NCBI GenBank assembly: GCA_041167675.1
Contig: JBEEIB010000008.1
Coordinates: 2,380 to 66,379, forward strand
Length of the DNA: 64,000 nt
Origin: Verrucomicrobiota bacterium
GTDB taxonomy: Bacteria; Verrucomicrobiota; Verrucomicrobiia; Chthoniobacterales; JAFAMB01
Reading direction: 5' to 3'
The translations under genes were made by a program, and so were the position numbers. Of this stretch, positions 57,582-64,000 are shown in pieces. The notes under the pieces were generated by a model, which saw nothing but the letters and a program-made list of their open reading frames with translations, had not been told where the DNA came from and made no database searches. Numbering within the stretch: position 1 is the first letter of the stretch; the number at the start of each line of letters is the position of its first letter.

Positions 57582-58646
57582 TTAGATTGTTGTCTCGCGG
57601 TTCGTCGATCGCAAATGAATCGTCTTATAAGCGAGATCATGGGAAGCCTCGATCAAGCGGACTGTTCGACTACGGGCCCGCATCAGAATAGAGTGAGTAA
57701 CCGCGGCGTGACCTTTGAGCCGTACGCCACGCAAAAGCGGGCTATCGCTTATGCCACTAGCGCAAAAGATAATGTTTTTGCCCCGGGCCAAGTCCTCCGC
57801 ATAAAAAACCTTCTTCAGTTCCTCTCGAAATCCGAGTTCGACAACCTTCTTCTCTTCATCCAAATCGCGGGGCCACATCATCGTCTGCATGTCTCCGCCT
57901 AAACAGCGGATCGCCGCAGCCGCCAAAACCGCTTCTGGAGCGCCGCCAATACCAGCGTACAGATCCACTCCGCTATCGGAGATCGACGGTGCGATCGCGG
58001 CAGTGATGTCTCCATCCGAAATCATCCGGACCATTGAGCCAGCCGAGCGGATAGACTCCACCAGTTTGGCATGTCTCGGTCGATCCAACACCACCACGGT
58101 GAGGTCCTGAACTCTTTTTCGCAAAGCTTTGGCTATGATGGGCAATGTCTCTTCCAATGGATTGCGGATGGACACCGTTTCGATGCCGGTCAGTTGCATA
58201 TAGCGAACGACGTTCACCCCGTAAGCCAATTTGGTCATGTAGAAGGTCGGAATGTCTTTGAGCGAGACCTCAACGCCCGGTTCGGGGGAGGCCGCCGCAA
58301 TGCAGCAAATGGAACCAGGCAAGCCCTTAGCGACGTTGGTCGTTCCATCGATCGGGTCCAAAGCCAGATCAAACTTATGGCTACCAGGTACCCAGGTGCC
58401 GAGGTGTTCGCCCTTAAAGATTCCCGGCGCATTGTCCTTTATACCTTCCCCAATAACGACCTCACCACAGATATTGATCAGATCAAACATCCCCCGAATA
58501 GCGTCACAGGCAGCAGCATCCGCTTTTTCTTTTTCCCCTCGGCCCAGCCAGGGAAGAGTATTCAGGGCGGCCGCTTCAGTCGCCCGCAGGAAATCGAATT
58601 CGATAATTCGTTCGACGTCCTCGTACGGTTGCTGTTGGTAACGCAT
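57582..58646 (-). CDS. glpX: fructose-1,6-bisphosphatase, class II
   Basis: GlpX hallmarks: LALDPIDGTTNVAKG, GGAPEAVLAAAAIRCLGG. 354 aa. Confidence 0.95.
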   Translation of the reverse strand: MRYQQQPYEDVERIIEFDFLRATEAAALNTLPWLGRGEKEKADAAACDAIRGMFDLINICGEVVIGEGIKDNAPGIFKGEHLGTWVPGSHKFDLALDPIDGTTNVAKGLPGSICCIAAASPEPGVEVSLKDIPTFYMTKLAYGVNVVRYMQLTGIETVSIRNPLEETLPIIAKALRKRVQDLTVVVLDRPRHAKLVESIRSAGSMVRMISDGDITAAIAPSISDSGVDLYAGIGGAPEAVLAAAAIRCLGGDMQTMMWPRDLDEEKKVVELGFREELKKVFYAEDLARGKNIIFCASGISDSPLLRGVRLKGHAAVTHSILMRARSRTVRLIEASHDLAYKTIHLRSTNRETTI

Positions 58647-58782
58647 AAGGTATGCAGGATAAGTAAGGCCGCTTGCTCATGCAGTCATGAAAATCAAGCC
58701 AGGTTCGAAAACTACCCCAAACCAGCCAACCTGTTTGACCGCGTTTGCGTTCGCGTAAACAATATGTTTTGGATGAGGTGAG

Positions 58783-59526
58783 ATGAAAACAATCCGGGTA
58801 GTCGTCTGGAACGAAAACATTCATGAACGAAAGAATTCGCGGGTTCAAGAACATTACCCCGAAGGAATTCATACCTGTCTCGCTAATGTGCTAAACGACG
58901 GAGCCGAAGTCTCATGCAAGACCGCTACTTTGGAGGATCCGGAGGACGGACTGCCTGAATCGCGGCTCGATGAGACCGACGTGGTCGTTTGGTGGGGGCA
59001 CGTGGGGCATGCCCGAGTCAGTGATCGCACCGTGGACCGGGTTCAGAAACGCGTGCTAGAAGGGATGGGCCTTGTGGTCCTTCATTCCGGCCATTATTCG
59101 AAGGTGTTTAAGCGTCTTATGGGCACGTCCTGCTCTCTGGGCTGGCGCGAAGCAGGCGAAAAAGAGCGAATTTGGACCTGCGATCCAGGGCATCCGATCG
59201 CTCAGGGGCTACCTCCCTATTTCGAGATTCCCCATGAAGAAATGTACAGTGAACCATTCGGTATTCCGACGCCGGACGAGCTTGTCTTCATCTCCTGGTT
59301 TGAAGGCGGCGAAGTTTTTCGTTCAGGCTGCTGCTGGAGACGTGGGAACGGAAGGATCTTCTATTTCCGGCCTGGACATGAAACTTTTCCGACCTATCAC
59401 CAACCTGAGGTTCAGACAGTGATCCGGAACGCGGTACGTTGGTCAGCCCCACAAGCTCCTCGGTGGATTGATAGTTGCCCAAACATCAAAATCTCACCGG
59501 AAGGGATACAGCAAATGGAAGGTTAG
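58783..59526 (+). CDS. ThuA-domain protein (trehalose-utilisation-like)
   Basis: 247 aa. VVVWNENIHE...WWGHVGH...LHSGHYSKVFKRLMGTSCSLGWRE pattern typical of the ThuA family. Confidence 0.83.
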   Translation: MKTIRVVVWNENIHERKNSRVQEHYPEGIHTCLANVLNDGAEVSCKTATLEDPEDGLPESRLDETDVVVWWGHVGHARVSDRTVDRVQKRVLEGMGLVVLHSGHYSKVFKRLMGTSCSLGWREAGEKERIWTCDPGHPIAQGLPPYFEIPHEEMYSEPFGIPTPDELVFISWFEGGEVFRSGCCWRRGNGRIFYFRPGHETFPTYHQPEVQTVIRNAVRWSAPQAPRWIDSCPNIKISPEGIQQMEG

Positions 59527-59546
59527 TGGGGCTGTGAGGCGCGTAG

Positions 59547-59673
59547 GCGTATCGGAGCAAACCATACGGCCTTATAAGACCGATACGACCAATCTGACCG
59601 ATAGAATCGAGGTGATTAGCGTATCGGTGTAAACGGCCGGGCGAAACCCGACTCCGTCCGGCAGCTGCCGGAC
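59547..59673. repeat. cluster of GCGTATCGG/CCGATACG inverted motifs plus an 18-nt perfect palindrome
   Basis: CGTATCGG (59548-59555) pairs with CCGATACG (59580-59587). ACCGATA (59597-59603) pairs with TATCGGT (59622-59628). GCGTATCGG is directly repeated at 59547 and 59619. Palindrome GTCCGGCAGCTGCCGGAC at 59656-59673. Confidence 0.55.
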
Positions 59674-59783
59674 CGCGGCCAATTCTACGGTTTTCCTCAA
59701 ACGCACACTTAGGGCCCGCCAAAGTGCAGCGGCGGCGGCCCGTCATCGAGCGACAACAGATAAGACGTCATGAGCGTGGTGTT

Positions 59784-59999
59784 TCAACGTCTCAAGATCC
59801 AGCCCACCAGGGTGAGCACAATGCTGATGAGAACGCAGGTAGCGAGCGGAAAGTAGAATCTGAAATTGCCCTTCTCGATGGAAATATCTCCTGGCAGGTG
59901 TCCCAGCCAGCCAAACCAGGTTGGAAATTTCCAAAGCAATAACCCGACCGCCACCAGAACGATGCCGGCCACTACCGCGAATTTTCCAATTTCCTGCAC
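59784..59999 (-). CDS. DUF2905-family small membrane protein
   Basis: LGHLPGDISIEKGNFRFYFPLATCVLISIVLTL matches the DUF2905 pattern. GTG 59999 is preferred, because track codons up to 60035 (TTG) run into a heptamer array. Confidence 0.7.
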   Translation of the reverse strand: MQEIGKFAVVAGIVLVAVGLLLWKFPTWFGWLGHLPGDISIEKGNFRFYFPLATCVLISIVLTLVGWILRR

Positions 60000-60020
60000 C
60001 GCCTCCAATAACCGACAAAG

Positions 60021-60073
60021 AATGACAGATGACAAATGACAGATGGTACACCGCGTGACCTGTCATTTGTCAT
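60021..60073. repeat. opposed heptamer arrays forming a 14-bp perfect hairpin
   Basis: AATGACA GATGACA AATGACA GATGGTA (60021-60048) faces CCTGTCA TTTGTCA (60059-60072). 60029-60042 pairs perfectly with 60060-60073, with a 17-nt loop. Confidence 0.8.
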
Positions 60074-60118
60074 GTCGATATTGGCTATTAATCATTTGCT
60101 CGCTAGTTTCGACGCGCC

Positions 60119-61057
60119 ATGTGGCTTGCCTACTACGTTCATCACCTCAACCCTTTCCTTATTCGGTTTTATGATCAATTTGGAATCCGCTGGTACGGAG
60201 TGGCCTATCTCTGCGGATTTATCGCTGCTTTTTACTTGCTCAAGTGGCTGGCGCGAAAAGGCTACGGTTCGCTGACCGAAGGGCAGGTTGCCGACTTTAC
60301 TTTTTATGCCGCCCTATTCGGTGTTCTGCTTGGTGGCCGGCTTGGTTATGTACTTTTCTATCGGCCTGAGATGCTCACCGATCCCATCAGCATACTGCGA
60401 GTCGGCGATGGCGGAATGGCAAGTCACGGCGGCATCATCGGACTAATTATTTTTTCGTGGATCTACGCCCGACGACATAAAATTTCTTGGACGGGCATCG
60501 GGGACAATCTGGTGGCGGTTGCTCCGATCGGCCTTCTTTTTGGACGAATCGCCAACTTTATTAATGGCGAACTCTGGGGACACCCGACAAACGTGCCGTG
60601 GGCGGTGCAGTTCCCCAGCGAATTACTCGACTATCCCGATAAGGCACAGACTGCAATCGATCAGTGCTCGGCATTGAGCCCAAACCTCGACTCAGTCAAT
60701 ACAATTATCGAAGCCGCACGAACCAATCCCCAGGTTCGCGAAATCTTGTCTCATATTCTCACTCCACGCCATCCCAGCCAGCTCTACGAAGCCCTGCTTG
60801 AAGGGATCATACTTTTCGTCTGCCTGATCACCATTCGTCTCCGATTCCGTAAACCGGATGGACTCACGACCGGTTGCTTTTTTCTTCTCTATCCGATCAT
60901 GCGGATCATCGGAGAAACTTTCCGCGTACCGGATGCCCCGCTGACTGGGCCGTTCACTCGGGGTCAATTTCTTTCTCTGTTTATGTTCCTCATCGCGCTC
61001 GGCTTCTTTTGGCGGGTCTGGAAGACCTGGCCAAAAGGAATGACAAATGACAAATGA
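60119..61057 (+). CDS. lgt: prolipoprotein diacylglyceryl transferase
   Basis: 312 aa. Lgt motifs IRWYGVAYLCGF, GGRLGYVLFY, GGMASHGG and FGRIANFINGELWG. The last 5 codons and stop (MTNDK*) lie in a heptamer array. Confidence 0.93.
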   Translation: MWLAYYVHHLNPFLIRFYDQFGIRWYGVAYLCGFIAAFYLLKWLARKGYGSLTEGQVADFTFYAALFGVLLGGRLGYVLFYRPEMLTDPISILRVGDGGMASHGGIIGLIIFSWIYARRHKISWTGIGDNLVAVAPIGLLFGRIANFINGELWGHPTNVPWAVQFPSELLDYPDKAQTAIDQCSALSPNLDSVNTIIEAARTNPQVREILSHILTPRHPSQLYEALLEGIILFVCLITIRLRFRKPDGLTTGCFFLLYPIMRIIGETFRVPDAPLTGPFTRGQFLSLFMFLIALGFFWRVWKTWPKGMTNDK

Positions 61058-61063
61058 CAGATG
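61039..61063. repeat. heptamer array AATGACA x3 + GATG
   Basis: Three perfect AATGACA units at 61039-61059. TGA recurs in all three frames. Confidence 0.8.
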
Positions 61064-61099
61064 TGCCCAGACTCCCCAACGCTAGCGGCTTCCCGAAAT

Positions 61100-61498
61100 T
61101 TATTTCGAAGCTAATCTCAGGAACTGGTTTGCTCCGATTTTAACGATGATTTCGTGTTCCTGAGTTGAATGCCTGGCTTGATAAACCGAGATCTTGCCGG
61201 AGTCATCCACGCCAATTTTGAGAGCGTTGTATTCGGGGAGTGATGTCACCCCGCTCGGAACCGGATAATAAGCAGTGCCTTTCCATCGGACGACCTCCTT
61301 TGCTTGGTCCCGTTTGGCATCGAAACCCACGGCAATCGGATCTCCTACCGCGGTCGGTTGGGAGATCCGTTCCAGTTCATGCCGGCTTTGCCAATCCACT
61401 GCAACGGCCCAGGAAACACCGAGAAGGCATATTGAGAACGCCAACATCAGGCCATACGCCCATTTTCCCACCGGGAGGCTTTCGTCGACATCTCTCAT
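61100..61498 (-). CDS. membrane-anchored hypothetical protein
   Basis: ATG 61498 (MRDVDESLPVGKWAYGLMLAFSICLLGVSWAV) is preferred, because the track's TTG extension to 61534 translates a heptamer array. Confidence 0.45.
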   Translation of the reverse strand: MRDVDESLPVGKWAYGLMLAFSICLLGVSWAVAVDWQSRHELERISQPTAVGDPIAVGFDAKRDQAKEVVRWKGTAYYPVPSGVTSLPEYNALKIGVDDSGKISVYQARHSTQEHEIIVKIGANQFLRLASK

Positions 61499-61512
61499 CC
61501 GCTGGATACTGA

Positions 61513-61601
61513 GATAGCAAATAGCAAATAGCAAATATGCAGATAACCAAGGATGAATCGGGGAGCACTCTGCAGACGCTTACCCTATTTGTCATCTGTC
61601 A
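61513..61601. repeat. opposed heptamer arrays in the helicase/hypothetical intergenic gap
   Basis: GATAGCA AATAGCA AATAGCA AATATGC AGATAAC (61513-61547) faces TTTGTCA TCTGTCA (61588-61601). The arms are partially complementary. Confidence 0.7.
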
Positions 61602-64000
61602 TTCGCGGCCACATCCGTCCCAAATAGCGGCGGCCCATTTGGTTCGGTGCCAAAGCAGGCAGCGGTTGTCGAGCCGGGCTCTGCGTAGTCTGAACGTATA
61701 CCGACGCCAACTCCTGCAATTGGTTCCAGCGCTCCCATTCGTAATTGGGCGCCTGAACAATTTGACGCAACAGACTTCGCCACTCAGTCAGAGCTCTCTC
61801 GATGTCGCCGTGTCGAATGTTATTATTAACCAACTTGTGACGGCCGATCTGATGTTCGATCAAATCACGAACCACCTCCGAGGCACCCGAGCCATAGGCG
61901 ATGGGCAGGCCAAGTTCAAGGTAGCCCGAAAAATCGGCCCGTTGATACGTATTTTGGCAAATGGCAGCTAATCGGCCCCCGGCCCGGCTATCATCCATGG
62001 CGAATCGATGACCCGCGCGTAGGTCAGCCAAATCGAATACCAAATCACTAATCGAGTAATCAATCTCTTCTAACCCGGCAGCAACAGCTAAACCCTCTCC
62101 TTGATTGAAAAAACTGAAAATAATACCGCGACGAGTCGGAACGCCCCGGTCATCAACTAATCCGAGCTGACGCCAAGCGAATGCGGGCGAAACTGAGAGA
62201 TCGAGTGCCTCACATTCAGACCGGCAGACGCATTGCTGGCATACCAATGGATAACTTCGCCGCATTTCCGGGTCAGCCAAGTACCGTCCCTGAGCATCAA
62301 GATGGCCTCGGGCCAGGGCTCCGCCGAAACGGAATCGCCCATAAGCGGTATTTCTTCGAGTGACCAAATCGTGGAACTCGCCCTCCACTTCTTTTGCGAT
62401 GAGCGGAACCAAATCGTTTAGAAATTTTTCCTGCGCCAACCGACCGTTTACTGGGATCAGCGGATAATGCTCTCGCAACACCTTGCGGAACCACTTGGCG
62501 GCTAACCAACCTCTATCAGTGATGCTGGCAATCGGCAGCTCTCGGCCATACTCAAAATGTTTGTTATCCAAACGAATTTTACAAAGGTTCCCAAATCCGA
62601 ACGGCTGCAGCGTCGTGACCATGCTAAGCGCTGGCCGCCATCGCCCGTTTTCCCTTCTTATCCAAAGATTCCCGAGCGCAGTATCCGATAGCGGTGGAGA
62701 GATTTCCCACTCTCCCCGAGAGTTCAACATCTCGGCCTCATGTCGCCGGACCAGCCGCCCTCGCTCGGCATCCACCGGTAATCGACAAACCAGAACTCGA
62801 TCCTGCTCGGCCACAGCACCAGCTGCCGATTGCTCTATTCTCTCATAGAATTTTTCTACTCCGATCAACAGTGGCCGCGTCGAGAAGAGATGTGTTGCCA
62901 CCTTGGTCACGGCTCGAAACGGATCCTCTCCACGACCTGCCGCTTCCCGCATTACTGCAATCATCGAGGGCCAGTCGACCGGATCCGCCCGTCGAAGTTT
63001 ACTCGGAAATGCTTCATGGAGCCGGGGAATCTCTGGGGTGACAAGCGCATAACCAATCTCATCCAAACCACGCCTCCCCGCACGACCAAACATCTGCAGC
63101 AACTCATCCGCCCTTACCTGACGTTGAAAGTTGCCCGCTTGATAATGGGTGCCGGTCACCAGTACCGAGCGCATGGAAAAATTAATTCCGGCAGCCAGTC
63201 CCATGGTAGCAACCACTACTCGGAGCTGCCCTTTTTTAGCGAGCGGTTCAATGATTCCGGCCCGAACCGCGTAACTCAACCCGCTATGATGAAATGCTAC
63301 TCGAGATCGGAGCAATCGCCCAAGGGGTTCACCGGCTAAGACCGACTGTTCCTGAGTAAGAACCAACGGCTCTTCGGCGGGCAACGCAGAAGCGAGGGAA
63401 ATTGCCAGATCTTCAGCTCCGAGGCGCCTTGGAGCGAATACCAGGATCGGTCCCAGGTCCGCGATTAACGCGCGCGCGATCAGCTTCGGCCAATAGCCGC
63501 GAGCATTGGCCGGAGCGCGTGCCGGCAGCTCACTCAACATGACTTCTTCCAGCGGGACCGGCCTTTGCCGATGTTCCACTAATTCTACTCTTCGTCCGTT
63601 GCGCGCCAGCCAGTCCACAATGTCATGCGGATTAGCAACGCTGCCGCTCAGCAGAAGGAGTTGTGTTTCCGGCGGAGCCAGCGAAAGGATCAGCTCGTAA
63701 TTCGTTCCACGTACCGGGTCCGCCAACAGTTGATATTCATCAATTACCAACAATCTCGGACCTTCCCCGCGCAAAAACCGGGCTTTTTGGGTCTCGAGCG
63801 TCGCGACCACTACTTTGGCATCAAGATTTTCGGCCAAATCGCCAGTGGCGATGCCAACATCCCATCCACGTTGTCGCCACTCGGCTAATTTATCATTGGC
63901 CAGGGCACGGGTCGGCACGGTGTAGATCGCCTGTCCTTTCAGGGAATCATAGATCAGCTCAAAGATATAGGTCTTCCCCGACCCGGTCGGCGCCTGAACG
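61585..64000 (-). CDS. Ski2/HelY-like DEAD/DEAH-box helicase with long uncharacterised C-terminal region (5' end outside window)
   Basis: The reading frame continues past the track M to the window edge (…APTGSGKTYIFELIYDSLKGQAIYTVPTRALANDK). Walker B-type VIDEYQ, SGS, and FHHSGL...MGLAAGINF motifs. About 450 aa of unassigned C-terminus. Confidence 0.88.
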   Translation of the reverse strand, partial: VQAPTGSGKTYIFELIYDSLKGQAIYTVPTRALANDKLAEWRQRGWDVGIATGDLAENLDAKVVVATLETQKARFLRGEGPRLLVIDEYQLLADPVRGTNYELILSLAPPETQLLLLSGSVANPHDIVDWLARNGRRVELVEHRQRPVPLEEVMLSELPARAPANARGYWPKLIARALIADLGPILVFAPRRLGAEDLAISLASALPAEEPLVLTQEQSVLAGEPLGRLLRSRVAFHHSGLSYAVRAGIIEPLAKKGQLRVVVATMGLAAGINFSMRSVLVTGTHYQAGNFQRQVRADELLQMFGRAGRRGLDEIGYALVTPEIPRLHEAFPSKLRRADPVDWPSMIAVMREAAGRGEDPFRAVTKVATHLFSTRPLLIGVEKFYERIEQSAAGAVAEQDRVLVCRLPVDAERGRLVRRHEAEMLNSRGEWEISPPLSDTALGNLWIRRENGRWRPALSMVTTLQPFGFGNLCKIRLDNKHFEYGRELPIASITDRGWLAAKWFRKVLREHYPLIPVNGRLAQEKFLNDLVPLIAKEVEGEFHDLVTRRNTAYGRFRFGGALARGHLDAQGRYLADPEMRRSYPLVCQQCVCRSECEALDLSVSPAFAWRQLGLVDDRGVPTRRGIIFSFFNQGEGLAVAAGLEEIDYSISDLVFDLADLRAGHRFAMDDSRAGGRLAAICQNTYQRADFSGYLELGLPIAYGSGASEVVRDLIEHQIGRHKLVNNNIRHGDIERALTEWRSLLRQIVQAPNYEWERWNQLQELASVYVQTTQSPARQPLPALAPNQMGRRYLGRMWPRMTDDK

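Overview
This is a densely coded 64-kb chromosomal segment with about 60 protein genes and one tRNA-Ala(GGC). I saw no rRNA, CRISPR array, transposase, integrase or recognisable defence island. Most genes are housekeeping (glnD, pgi, valS, murI, rsmE, grpE-dnaJ, truA, ruvX, lgt, glpX). Interspersed with them are catabolic modules: astA-astB plus an M20 hydrolase, a lysine 6-dehydrogenase/ALDH7 module, and an esterase/isomerase/aldolase/oxidoreductase/kinase sugar cluster. There is also signalling: a STAS-PP2C partner-switching pair and PAS/GAF histidine kinases. The repertoire (ThuA, Gfo/Idh/MocA, xylose-isomerase-like TIM proteins, many PAS kinases) suggests a Gram-negative, possibly PVC-group (Verrucomicrobiota-like) bacterium, but this is only a guess. 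The most unusual signal is a layer of repeated DNA rather than a gene cluster. At least ten arrays of 7-nt tandem repeats (AATGACA/AATAGCA/AATCGCA, CATTNCG, GGTGATT) sit exactly at gene boundaries. Some form hairpins, and some supply the last codons and the stop codon of unrelated genes. Two long inverted-repeat elements (275 bp and 221 bp) lie between convergent genes, and a nested CAGTCGCC repeat structure fills a 415-bp ORF-free gap. Gene-level oddities include a beta-CASP exonuclease fused to an ATP-dependent DNA ligase, and a STAS-PP2C pair where hrcA would normally precede grpE-dnaJ. A divergent VOC/DUF1338-like protein heads the lysine module, and a tRNA flank looks decayed. All functional calls come from motif recognition by eye. 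No searches, folding or statistics were run, and several start codons were reassigned by judgement.
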